Source: a virus. From it: a DNA stretch of 64,000 nucleotides. This document shows, in pieces, positions 26,081-35,204 of the stretch. How positions within the stretch are numbered: the first letter of the stretch is position 1; each line of letters opens with the position of its first letter. A program made the position numbers and the translations under genes. Location: positions 37,361 through 101,360 of IMG/VR virus record IMGVR_UViG_3300045012_000053, one strand, 5' to 3'. Below the pieces are notes generated by a model. The model saw nothing but the letters and a program-made list of their open reading frames with translations. It was not told the origin of the DNA and did no database searches.

Positions 26081-28378
26081 ATGACGATTCAAGATAGCGC
26101 CACACCACAGTTAGATCAGAACGGGAACCCGCTTCCCGCGCAAGGCGCGGCACCCGGTGCGCCTCCTCCATCACCGATTGTTTCCGGTGCGCCGGACTTG
26201 GCAACTGCGGTCGCGCAAGCATTTTTGAAGCATACGGCTCAGATCGCGCAGAACTCGACAGTGGCTCAAAGCGCGAGAGCGGCGGAAGCGCAGAAGGCTC
26301 TTGCCTCCGCAACTCCCGCAGTCGACCGTCCTGTAGATGACGACAATCAAGCGTCAGCGCCCGGCTCATTTGCATCCAAGCTGACTGGAGCGCTCGGCGA
26401 CGCGGCTCACGCGACCGACCGCCCGGGCGGGTGGTTGAGCGGCGTGGTGAATACATTGAACGCGAAGAATGTGCGTCTCGCTCAAGAACAGAAGGACGCA
26501 GTTTTGATGGCGAAGTCACAAGCGGAAAACATTGCGCTGCACCGCAACTTCTATCAGCAGGATTTGCAGCACCGTCAGCAGTTTCAAGAAGGTAACAAGG
26601 CGTTCTTCTCTCAGTACAGAGAGTCGAACGATGTGCAAGACGGCGTGTCCCAAGAAGAAGTCATGGACCGTATGAAGAAGGACAAGAACTTCCCGAAGGA
26701 TTTTCTTGTTCGCGCTACCGGAGAAGTGCCTGTAGCCGATAAGGACGGGAAGGAAAAGATCGATCAGTTCGGTAACCCTGTTATGAAGCCGACCTTCTCG
26801 ATCATGACGGTCGCAACCAAGGACGGCTCCGATGCGACGAAGACCATAGACGGGGACGAGAGCGCTGCGTACAACAAGCTACTCGGAATGAGATTGCCCG
26901 CTGGTACGAAGTTGACGATGGCGCAAGACAACGCGCTCAGCTTGAAGCTTGCGGCTGCTCGCGACAACACAAACATTTTGACGAAGGTCAACGGCGGGAA
27001 GGAACTCAGCCCGGACGTTATGGCTTCGATCAGACCGCTCATCACGGACCCGACAGTCGGCGCAGCTCTGGCTGCTGTCCCGGGAAAGCCGTACGACGGC
27101 ATTGTTCAACACATGCAGAACGCGGACGCGCATCTCGCTGTGTATCAGCAGCAAGCCAAGATGGCGAAGGAACAGAACAACCAGCAGGCGCTGGATGCTG
27201 CGAACGCGGGCATCAAGAGCGTTCAAGAGGAACGCCAGAAGCTGCAAGCCATTGTAGATCAAGCAATTCCGGATAAGGAAATCGAGGCGTACAACAAGAA
27301 GGCCGATGATGCAACGTCGATGATAACCGACTTGCAGAAGAAGGCGGATGCTGCGCACGGCGAAGAAGCTGCGGCGCTGGCGGCATCGACAAAGAAGATG
27401 CTGGAAGACGGCCAGTACACAGACTCTCAAAAGAAGATTCTTGGCCGCATCGCGGTTCAAGCGCAGACGGCAGCGGATGCCAGCCTAGCATTTGAAGAGA
27501 AGAAGGAAAAGAACAAGGCCGAGGCTACCAACGCCCTCGCGGAAGGCGACACGGATACTCTGGTTGCCGCTGCGGAGAACTACCAGCTAGACCCGAACAA
27601 GCTGTACTCGATGCGCAAGAACACGAACGCGGAGTTCAAGGCGAAGTTGCTCGCGAAGGACCCGACGTGGAGCGAGACGACTTACAAGCAGCGTTACGCG
27701 ATGAATCAGGAACTCGCTTCCGACAAGCCGAACAGCATGGGCGGACAGGTCGAAAGCTTGAACCGTTTCGCTTACCACACAGGGGAAGCAAACCGCAGCA
27801 TCGAAGGGCTGCGTAACATCGGCTCTCCGATTGTGAACACCGCGTTGAACAAGATCAAGGCGGGCACGGTCGGTTTCGAAGAGGCTCAAGCGTTCAAGAT
27901 CAAGGCGGAAACGGCTAAGGACGAATTCTTGAACTTCATTAAGAACGGCCACGTTCCTCCAACAGATCAGGAAGAAAGACTTGCGGCGTCGATCAATGAG
28001 AACAGAACGCCAGCGGAACTACAGTCTTCGTTCCGCGCGATGGCAGAACTGGCAGCCGCTCGTGCGAAGGCAATGAACGGACGCTACAACACCATCATGG
28101 GCAAGGGAAATATCCCGGGCCTTTTGTCGCCTGACACGACCAGCATCCTCAGTCAGTTCGGCGTGGATGTTAACGCGATCACAAACACAACTGGGACCAG
28201 CAGCTTTAGCCGCGCGATCAACCCCGGGTCGGTTCCAAACAACCAGCCGCCGAAGAACGCGGTAGACCCGACCAAGATGGGTAAGGCTGTTGACGGAACG
28301 CCTGTATGGTTGGCGAAAGACGGCAGCGTAGTAGACGCGCAAGGCAACGTATACGTGAACGGTAAGAGACAACAATAA
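26081..28378 (+). CDS. Internal virion (ejection) protein 2
   Basis: 765-aa helical A/Q/K-rich protein; position. Confidence 0.7.
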   Translation: MTIQDSATPQLDQNGNPLPAQGAAPGAPPPSPIVSGAPDLATAVAQAFLKHTAQIAQNSTVAQSARAAEAQKALASATPAVDRPVDDDNQASAPGSFASKLTGALGDAAHATDRPGGWLSGVVNTLNAKNVRLAQEQKDAVLMAKSQAENIALHRNFYQQDLQHRQQFQEGNKAFFSQYRESNDVQDGVSQEEVMDRMKKDKNFPKDFLVRATGEVPVADKDGKEKIDQFGNPVMKPTFSIMTVATKDGSDATKTIDGDESAAYNKLLGMRLPAGTKLTMAQDNALSLKLAAARDNTNILTKVNGGKELSPDVMASIRPLITDPTVGAALAAVPGKPYDGIVQHMQNADAHLAVYQQQAKMAKEQNNQQALDAANAGIKSVQEERQKLQAIVDQAIPDKEIEAYNKKADDATSMITDLQKKADAAHGEEAAALAASTKKMLEDGQYTDSQKKILGRIAVQAQTAADASLAFEEKKEKNKAEATNALAEGDTDTLVAAAENYQLDPNKLYSMRKNTNAEFKAKLLAKDPTWSETTYKQRYAMNQELASDKPNSMGGQVESLNRFAYHTGEANRSIEGLRNIGSPIVNTALNKIKAGTVGFEEAQAFKIKAETAKDEFLNFIKNGHVPPTDQEERLAASINENRTPAELQSSFRAMAELAAARAKAMNGRYNTIMGKGNIPGLLSPDTTSILSQFGVDVNAITNTTGTSSFSRAINPGSVPNNQPPKNAVDPTKMGKAVDGTPVWLAKDGSVVDAQGNVYVNGKRQQ

Positions 28379-31300
28379 TGACCGACGCAAACGCAACACC
28401 AGACACGCTGGACAGCGGGCCGAAGCAGATTAATGTCCCGCCGTATCCCGGCACAACGCGAATCGAGAACGGACAAGCCTTTGATGTTGCGGGCAAGGTT
28501 CTCGGCGGCGTTGATGACAGCGGGAAGCCGACAGGCAAGGCTGCGCCCACGCCCCCAGCCCAGACATTCGATTACGGATTCGGCAAGCAGGCGAAACCTG
28601 CAACACCAGCTGCGAGCGGATTCGACTACGGATTCGGAAAGCACAACGATAACCCCACCAAGGGAACTCGTTTCGAAGGCGCTGAGAAGATCGGTAATTA
28701 TTTCTTAGCGAAGCCAATGGAAGGAGAAGAGAATGCGGGCGTAGCCCACTCAATCCACGGCCTTCTAAGTTTTCCCAACGCTCTTTACCACGCGTTCTCC
28801 GACCCGGCAACGCCACAAGAGAAAGTTGAGATCGAACAGAAGATGAACCAGATGCGCGCCGGGCAGGGCATGCCAGCTGCATCGACGTTGCCTGCTGTTC
28901 CCGGACAAGTGATCGGCGCGGTTACAAATACGTACGACAAGACACCGAAGCCGCCGACTCGTACGCAGCTCGCGCTGCACCGTTTGATCGACGCGCCTGC
29001 GGACGAGTTGGACGCGAAAGCTAACAGAGAATTGGAAACGTCTCGCGAACTGTGGGATAAGCGTCACGAGTGGAGCGGATTGATTCCAACGGGCACGGGC
29101 ATCTCGATTCCCATGAATCAGGCTATGGCGCTCAGCGGTTCGTTGTCCGGAGCTGCGGATAAAGTTTTGTCTCGCATTCCGATGTTGGGTCCTCTCGTTA
29201 ACGGCATATCGGAAAAATTTGAGAAGGGCGACATCTCCGGCGGTATGACCGATCTCGCTGGATTGAAGTTGATGGAAGCTGTGCACCAAGAGGCTACGGG
29301 CGAACCTGCCGTCCCGAGTAAGATGTGGCACGACAAGGGCAATGAACTAGGACGTGCTGCGGGCAAACTGCTTTCAAAGGCGAGCGAAGTCAGCGACAAG
29401 GCGAACGCCGCGAAGGAAGACTTCCAACGCGTTGTGCCTCCGACGAAGGCTGCGCCATATGACGCCAACGATTATGAGATCGTGCGCCGTGGTGCGGAAG
29501 AGCAGCACAAGGCTGACAAGCTGAGCGGCGGACAAGGTATCACAGACGTGGAGTCTGCGCGCGACGCGGTGGAAGACAGCAGACAGGCTATCGAGAACAA
29601 GCGCGGCGGTGCGGTGAAGGCAAACGCCGACCGCCCGATCACGACAAACGTTTTTGAAGACGTAGCGAACGCGCTGTTCGACAAGGACCAGAATGTTCCC
29701 GGATGGCGTGATCGCGGCATGAAGGTGCTGGAAGACTACGACTTCAAGGATATGACGAACGGGGAAGCGGACGCGGTTCGTAAAGAACTGGTTGCGAAGA
29801 ACCGTTTGAAGGTACAGAAGCCGGGCGACGCGGCCAGCTTGAGAGAGTCGGACCCGGTTTACGCGGCGAACGAAGCGGTAATCAACAGCTTGCGCAACGG
29901 CATTTACGGCTCTTTGCAGGAAGCGGGCGTTCCGGAAGCGTACGATTGGGCGCGCGACGAGGCTGCGCACATCCGTGTGCGTAACGCTATCGACCGCCAG
30001 CTGTACAACGGAGAGAAGACTTTACGCGGTAGCGGAGATGCCAGCACCGCGCGCAAGATCGCCGCGCAGTCAGCTAGAGGCCTATCAACGGTCACTGGGG
30101 GCGGCGTGGGCGCTGCTGTCGGCGGACTCCCGGGAGCAATCGTAGGAAGCGCTGCGGGAAGCGTGCTGGGAGAAGGATTAAGCAGAGCCATTCTACCGGA
30201 TGATTTGACTCGTAACGAAATGATGGCGAGATCGTTTCAAAACGAAACGGCAACGCCGGGCGGTCCAACCGTACCGGAATCGCAGGCTCCGAACGTACCG
30301 CATCCGGAAGGCCCAGCAGGCCCCGATCTGCCGCCTCCACCTCAGCCTATCGCACCTGTGATGCCTCCACCGGACCACGCGCTGCACGCTGCGCTGGCAA
30401 CCCGTGTCGGCACGACTGTCGAAAGAAGCAGCTTGAACAACCTGATGACGCAGTTCCAGCAGTACTTGGACAGCACGCCGACGCAGAACTTGACGGACGC
30501 TGACCGCGAGCTGCTAGAACAGGTCAATCAGTCTCAAGGCGCGCGTCGCGCGAAGATGGCCGAGGCGGTTCAAACGGCTGTCGAGAAGAACAAGGCTGCG
30601 AGAGAGAAGTGGCAGCAGGAAGTTCAAAAGGTTCAAGAAAAGTACGCGGCGGAACAGAAGAAGTCTGTTGCGGAAGCCGTGACAGATAAAGAGAAGGAGC
30701 AGGCCGATCTTCTCGCGGATGAGAACATCGCGCACAGCCCGGTCATGAAGGCGACCGAGAAGGCGATGGAAATCAAGGGCGTGGAAGGCCGCACGCCGTT
30801 GCAGAACATGGAGCATGAGCATGGACACATACTGGCGTTCGCGGCAGAGAAGCTGAACCCGATTAACTTCATCTCGGAAAGTCACCCGGATGCTTTGGAG
30901 CACAACGCTGCGGCGTCTGTGCAAGCGGACGTATCGGACGCGGAGGAAGGCGCGAAGGGTCTTGCCCAGCGCGTCGTAGGTATCCTCGGCGGTCCAGCGT
31001 TCGATGAAATTCACCACGACATCTCTATCAACAGAAATCCGGGTGCGCGTGCGGACATCGCTCGTGCTCGTGAAATTCTGAGAGGGGAAGGCGGATTGAA
31101 GGGCGATGACTTGAATAAGGTCTTCGATGCTCTTTATGACCGCGCGAAGGAACACGTATCTAACCCGGAAGCGCTCGCGCTCGTGAGAGCAAACGCGCCT
31201 CTTCGTGAAGCAGGTCTGCACGAAAATTACCATATGAGTCCGGGACGCCTAGCAGAATATGTCAAGAAACTACAAGGAGTATTCAATGGAAACGGTGAAA

Positions 31301-33696
31301 CACCAAGCACCACAGGAGTTCATGAAGGGCCTGCCGATGGCGGACTACCAGAAGGAGAACAAGCTGGAGCCGGAGGAGCAGGAGAAAAACCGAATGGACC
31401 TGCTGCAAGAGTTTCATCCGAAGAAGCACGAGCGGCTGATGAAGCTGGCGGCGGGAAAGAAGGAAAACGAGAAGAGCAAGCAAACCTAAGTAAGGAAGAT
31501 GAAGAAGCGTTCCTTACTAGCGAGTATCATACACCTTTAAAGCAGAGATACAATGTCGAAGTCACTGAAGGTGGGGAGACTCGCAACGAGGCGGTTGATG
31601 CGTTTTCTCACAAGCAGGCGATGAAGGCCGTACAAAAAGAGTTTCCTAATGCTCAAGAATGGAGCGTCGGGGAGCGCGCATCGATTCCGAATGAGGGCGG
31701 TTACTCGGTTCCGAACAAGGCTCCTCTGTTCACCCCCGGAAGTAAGGGCGGGAGAATGCCTATTGAAAACACCATGAAGCACGAGCTAGGTCACTACATG
31801 GTGGGGCACAACGAAGGATTTTTATCCGACGGTGTTTTGAGACACACTCATCCCGATATGCCGAAGGGTGTCAATGCTGCTGTATTTTGGGATAACGGAC
31901 AGTTCTATGACGCTGCCACGCGTCGCATCAAAGCAGAGAAGTTGCCCGGCGTGATACGCATGCTAATGGGCGGCGTGGCTGCGGACGAAGCTTTCTCCGA
32001 TCTCCCTCGCGATAAGAGCATTCAGTTCGACCCGAAAGCGGGCGGGGACGGCACGATGGCTCTTCGATTCTTGCGCACAGCGGGATTCGATCACGATACC
32101 GCCATGAGTATGATGCACGCTGCGGTAGATCAAGCAAAAGAACACTTGACAAAACCAGCGGTTTCTGATATCATAAATGAAAATGCAGGGGTGCGCGAGA
32201 ACAATCTCTCGACCCAGTACCACTATAGTCCGGAAAGACTCAAGGCTATGGGAGATGAAGCGTCGAGAAGACTAGGAGAACAAAATGAGCCTAACAACGG
32301 AAGAGCTGGCACAACAGGCGATCAAATCCGCGCAGCAAATGTCGGAGGAAGAGAAGGCGAAGCTGCGGGAACAGTTGGAGAAAGAGTTCAAACCCCGCAA
32401 GTAAGTGATCGCGTATCAACCCGCGTGCCGGAAGGGAAGGCCGCGACGGAGAACCCGCTGGAAGGCGAGCCTCTAGTCGTTGGTAGAGAGGCATTGAAGA
32501 ACACGCCGGAGAAGCTGCAACAGAAGTTCGCGGACACGGTTCGCGATTACCCGGGCGTGAAGATTCCGGCAGGCGTGAAGGACCCGGGCAAGGTCATGGA
32601 CCGCTTCGTGAGTCACGTGAAGGACAACTTGAAGTTCATCTACGATCAGGTTCCCCCGGAGAAGCAGGCCGCGAACGCCAAGTGGTACGAGTCTGCAAAC
32701 AAGCTGTCGAAAGATTTGGCGGACCAGCACGGCATTTCGGAGCCGCAGTCGGCTGCAACCATCGCGACCCAGTCGCCTCAAAAGGACTGGGACATGAACG
32801 TCTCGCTGGCGCGCCGTATCGCTGACATTCACACGAATCACCAAGACACGGTCACGACTCCCGAGATGCTTCAAAAGGGCCGCGACATCGTGAAGAACAC
32901 AGGGGCTAACGAAGACCTAGGGAAGGCGCTCGACAACTTGGAGGGAAAGAAGTTCTCCCAGTTGACCGACCCGTACGACCGCGCTGCTTGGGTACGTCTA
33001 TACGACGAAGCGCACAATGGTCGGGAGTTCCATTCCATCGACCCGGGCACTGGTGAGAACCGTGGGCTGCGCACCAACGCGGACGGGAGTCCGTCCAAGG
33101 TCGCGTGGGGTTCCCTGCCGCAGATCGACAACGCTCTCTCAGTCTTGGACAATGGAAGCAGAGAGAATATTTCGGAACGCTTGGGCGGTATGCACAAGGT
33201 TCGTAACTTCTACAACAACATCATTGACCCGACCAACGATCAGGACGTAACGATTGACACCCACGCGGTCGCTGCGGGGTTGATGCAGCCGCTGGGCGGT
33301 AGCGCGCCGGAAGTGCTGGACAACTTCGGCAAGGCTGGGAAGCACACCGGAACCGGAGTGAAGGGAACGTACCCGCTTTACGCGGACGCGTACCGTCAAG
33401 CTGCCGGGGAGCTGGGCATCAAGCCTCGTGAACTGCAATCGGTTGTGTGGGAGCACGTTCGTGAAATGTTCCCCTCGGAGTGGAAGTCGCCGGAGAACGA
33501 GAAGCTGGTGAAGAACGTTTGGAAGAAGTACTCCGACGGGAAACAGAGCCTCGATAAGACGCGCCAGCAGATTTTGAAAATCTCGGAAGAGGCCCAGAAG
33601 GGCGTGAACGACACTAGGGAAGCAGCCCAAAAGAAAGCGCTTGACAAACAGGCCAAACTAGTGTATGCTGGTAAAGAATCAGGAGGTGCGGAATGA
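28378..33696 (+). CDS. Giant polyvalent ejection protein: Gly-zipper TM region, two M41/FtsH-like Zn-protease domains, C-terminal HhH-GPD/Ogg2-like domain
   Basis: HEHGH...LGGPAFDE...GARAD; HELGH...MGGVAADE...AGGD; KVRNFYNN...TIDTH...ELQSVVW. Confidence 0.75.
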   Translation: MTDANATPDTLDSGPKQINVPPYPGTTRIENGQAFDVAGKVLGGVDDSGKPTGKAAPTPPAQTFDYGFGKQAKPATPAASGFDYGFGKHNDNPTKGTRFEGAEKIGNYFLAKPMEGEENAGVAHSIHGLLSFPNALYHAFSDPATPQEKVEIEQKMNQMRAGQGMPAASTLPAVPGQVIGAVTNTYDKTPKPPTRTQLALHRLIDAPADELDAKANRELETSRELWDKRHEWSGLIPTGTGISIPMNQAMALSGSLSGAADKVLSRIPMLGPLVNGISEKFEKGDISGGMTDLAGLKLMEAVHQEATGEPAVPSKMWHDKGNELGRAAGKLLSKASEVSDKANAAKEDFQRVVPPTKAAPYDANDYEIVRRGAEEQHKADKLSGGQGITDVESARDAVEDSRQAIENKRGGAVKANADRPITTNVFEDVANALFDKDQNVPGWRDRGMKVLEDYDFKDMTNGEADAVRKELVAKNRLKVQKPGDAASLRESDPVYAANEAVINSLRNGIYGSLQEAGVPEAYDWARDEAAHIRVRNAIDRQLYNGEKTLRGSGDASTARKIAAQSARGLSTVTGGGVGAAVGGLPGAIVGSAAGSVLGEGLSRAILPDDLTRNEMMARSFQNETATPGGPTVPESQAPNVPHPEGPAGPDLPPPPQPIAPVMPPPDHALHAALATRVGTTVERSSLNNLMTQFQQYLDSTPTQNLTDADRELLEQVNQSQGARRAKMAEAVQTAVEKNKAAREKWQQEVQKVQEKYAAEQKKSVAEAVTDKEKEQADLLADENIAHSPVMKATEKAMEIKGVEGRTPLQNMEHEHGHILAFAAEKLNPINFISESHPDALEHNAAASVQADVSDAEEGAKGLAQRVVGILGGPAFDEIHHDISINRNPGARADIARAREILRGEGGLKGDDLNKVFDALYDRAKEHVSNPEALALVRANAPLREAGLHENYHMSPGRLAEYVKKLQGVFNGNGETPSTTGVHEGPADGGLPEGEQAGAGGAGEKPNGPAARVSSEEARAADEAGGGKEGKREEQANLSKEDEEAFLTSEYHTPLKQRYNVEVTEGGETRNEAVDAFSHKQAMKAVQKEFPNAQEWSVGERASIPNEGGYSVPNKAPLFTPGSKGGRMPIENTMKHELGHYMVGHNEGFLSDGVLRHTHPDMPKGVNAAVFWDNGQFYDAATRRIKAEKLPGVIRMLMGGVAADEAFSDLPRDKSIQFDPKAGGDGTMALRFLRTAGFDHDTAMSMMHAAVDQAKEHLTKPAVSDIINENAGVRENNLSTQYHYSPERLKAMGDEASRRLGEQNEPNNGRAGTTGDQIRAANVGGREGEAAGTVGERVQTPQVSDRVSTRVPEGKAATENPLEGEPLVVGREALKNTPEKLQQKFADTVRDYPGVKIPAGVKDPGKVMDRFVSHVKDNLKFIYDQVPPEKQAANAKWYESANKLSKDLADQHGISEPQSAATIATQSPQKDWDMNVSLARRIADIHTNHQDTVTTPEMLQKGRDIVKNTGANEDLGKALDNLEGKKFSQLTDPYDRAAWVRLYDEAHNGREFHSIDPGTGENRGLRTNADGSPSKVAWGSLPQIDNALSVLDNGSRENISERLGGMHKVRNFYNNIIDPTNDQDVTIDTHAVAAGLMQPLGGSAPEVLDNFGKAGKHTGTGVKGTYPLYADAYRQAAGELGIKPRELQSVVWEHVREMFPSEWKSPENEKLVKNVWKKYSDGKQSLDKTRQQILKISEEAQKGVNDTREAAQKKALDKQAKLVYAGKESGGAE
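31286..31489 (+). CDS. Nested +1-frame ORF (67 aa) after protease domain 1; candidate inhibitor
   Basis: AAGGAG SD 6 nt before ATG; charged helical product; the overlapped main frame is a low-complexity G/E/A/P linker. Confidence 0.55.
   Translation: METVKHQAPQEFMKGLPMADYQKENKLEPEEQEKNRMDLLQEFHPKKHERLMKLAAGKKENEKSKQT
32146..32174 (+). promoter_or_regulatory. Intragenic sigma70 promoter upstream of nested ORF 32285
   Basis: TTGACA-N17-TATCAT with extended -10 TG. Confidence 0.6.
32285..32404 (+). CDS. Nested +1-frame ORF (39 aa, MSLTTEELAQQAIKSAQQMSEEEKAKLREQLEKEFKPRK) after protease domain 2; candidate inhibitor
   Basis: AGGAG SD 6 nt before ATG; promoter upstream; clean amphipathic helices; the main frame is a G/R/A linker. 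Confidence 0.55.
   Translation: MSLTTEELAQQAIKSAQQMSEEEKAKLREQLEKEFKPRK
33641..33669 (+). promoter_or_regulatory. Intragenic sigma70 promoter at the 3' end of the giant gene
   Basis: TTGACA-N17-TATGCT. Confidence 0.65.
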
Positions 33697-33872
33697 GCGA
33701 TATCGTCTTAAACAAGATGAAGGAGATGGGGGTTGAACCGACCCGCAAGAACTATCTCGACTTCGCTTATCTCGGCACACCGCCTGAGAAACTATCAGCG
33801 GAAGAGGAAGCGATGCTTCCGAAAGGGCTGCGAGATGACGACACAGGAAGTTCAGAAGGCGCTGGCGCGTAA
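33693..33872 (+). CDS. 59-aa acidic protein (..PTRKNYLDFAYLGTPPEKLSAEEEAMLP..) after the HhH-like domain; candidate inhibitor
   Basis: AGGAGG SD, ATGA overlap with the giant gene's stop, own promoter; below the ORF-track cutoff. Confidence 0.7.
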   Translation: MSDIVLNKMKEMGVEPTRKNYLDFAYLGTPPEKLSAEEEAMLPKGLRDDDTGSSEGAGA

Positions 33873-33964
33873 GCACGCGGCTGTCCCTCCGTTTCGGCGG
33901 GTACCGTGTAAACAACTCCCGGGGATGATCGCAATCCCGGTGGAAGAAAAAGAGGAAACCAAAA

Positions 33965-34228
33965 ATGAGATCAGTTAACGGCGGCGGCGATCAGTTGGCA
34001 CGCGGCGCGGTACGAATGACTTACGGCGCGGCCAGCAAGACGACGTCTGACGAAAAGTGGAACAGTATCTTTGACAGTTACGACCCGGAGGCATACAAGA
34101 ATGCTCCCAACCCAGCACAAGTCCGTCATAGCAATCCCGGCGGCGAAGAGACCGGAGTTGTTAGCACTGACGTTGGAGAAGCTGTCAGCAGCGCTCCCGC
34201 ACCAGTCGACACCGACCTCGTCTCCTGA
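33965..34228 (+). CDS. Hypothetical protein
   Basis: GAGG SD; 3' half overlaps the next ORF. Confidence 0.45.
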   Translation: MRSVNGGGDQLARGAVRMTYGAASKTTSDEKWNSIFDSYDPEAYKNAPNPAQVRHSNPGGEETGVVSTDVGEAVSSAPAPVDTDLVS

Positions 34229-34907
34229 CGTCCACATTTACGCAGACTCGATAGATGAAACACGCCTCCGAGAGATAGAGATCGTCCGCGATCTTTACCT
34301 TCCGGAGGCTTTTTTGTTTCGCGCGGGAAAGCACGTCTCTGCGCCTTCCGGCTGCTGGAACATCTTAAACGCCATAAAAAACGCGTCCCGGTGGGCTGAG
34401 AGCGTTTATTTGGTGGAAGAAGATGTCCTAGTATACCCCTATTTCTTCCAGTGGCACCAGTCTCAGACCTCCCCGGCCTCCTGCGGCAGACGCCACCCGG
34501 ACAAGCGGTGGAAGTACCGACACCTGTATACCAACCCCGGCTCCTGTTTGCGTCGCCCACTTCTAGACGCTCTAGTCCCCCACATCAACGATGAATACTT
34601 TTCCGACACGCGCGGCTACTTAGATCGCACGTTCGGCCCTTGGCACGAGATCACGCACTTGGATGACGGCCTGATTCGGAACGTGATGAGAGCGAACGGA
34701 TGGGAGGCGGCGTATGGGAAGCCTGTGTGTGCGCATATCGGCTTTCGTGGATACGCGCAGCTGGACCTGTTTCAAAACAACGAGCTGGATTTGGAAAAGA
34801 GAATCGAGAGAGCTAGGGAGATTATGGCTACGACGACGGCGGACAATCCGTGGTCGGCGGATTTTGAACCGTACGCTCCTAGAGAAGATGCTTCGCGAGG
34901 AAGCTGA
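34071..34907 (+). CDS. GT-A fold glycosyltransferase-like protein (start may be ATG 34101)
   Basis: IAIPAAKRPE...LVEEDV...DDG...AHIG pattern. Confidence 0.65.
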   Translation: MTVTTRRHTRMLPTQHKSVIAIPAAKRPELLALTLEKLSAALPHQSTPTSSPDVHIYADSIDETRLREIEIVRDLYLPEAFLFRAGKHVSAPSGCWNILNAIKNASRWAESVYLVEEDVLVYPYFFQWHQSQTSPASCGRRHPDKRWKYRHLYTNPGSCLRRPLLDALVPHINDEYFSDTRGYLDRTFGPWHEITHLDDGLIRNVMRANGWEAAYGKPVCAHIGFRGYAQLDLFQNNELDLEKRIERAREIMATTTADNPWSADFEPYAPREDASRGS

Positions 34908-35001
34908 CCCACTTGACCGCTAAAACTGCGGCGGCGAGTAGAACCATTAGCGCTACGATGGCAAATCCGATGATCGATGCAGCCAATTCCAAGAATTCCA
35001 T
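34879..35001 (-). CDS. 40-aa membrane peptide
   Basis: MEFLELAASIIGFAIVALMVLLAAAVLAVKW; AGGAGG SD. Confidence 0.5.
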   Translation of the reverse strand: MEFLELAASIIGFAIVALMVLLAAAVLAVKWVSFLAKHLL

Positions 35002-35204
35002 AAATCCTCCTAAACTCTAGTGAACGATGTTGTGAATGTAAATTACTGTGTTCGGTCGAACGTCAAGCTTCGGCCCACAGAAGCATTTCTCGCTCAAGAT
35101 GTGGCCCGGCATCGCGTACCGCTCAATCACGGGCACGATGTGCGGGTGCTCCTTCTTATCCCGGTAAGTGCCCCACATAATCATCGGGATGTCTTTACCC
35201 GGCA

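Noticed and set aside
25500-26519. 339-aa antisense ORF and other long shadow ORFs (e.g. 38433..39209, 46989..47684, 61670..62437)
   Set aside because: Antisense to well-supported genes; expected from GC-rich codon bias
28568-28643. FDYGFGK duplicated motif as a DNA repeat element or DGR target
   Set aside because: Only two short in-frame copies differing at synonymous sites; no reverse transcriptase in the window
31111-31140. Promoter for nested ORF 31286 (TTGAAT-N18-TATGAC)
   Set aside because: Poor match to the TTGACA-N17 consensus seen elsewhere in the window; not called
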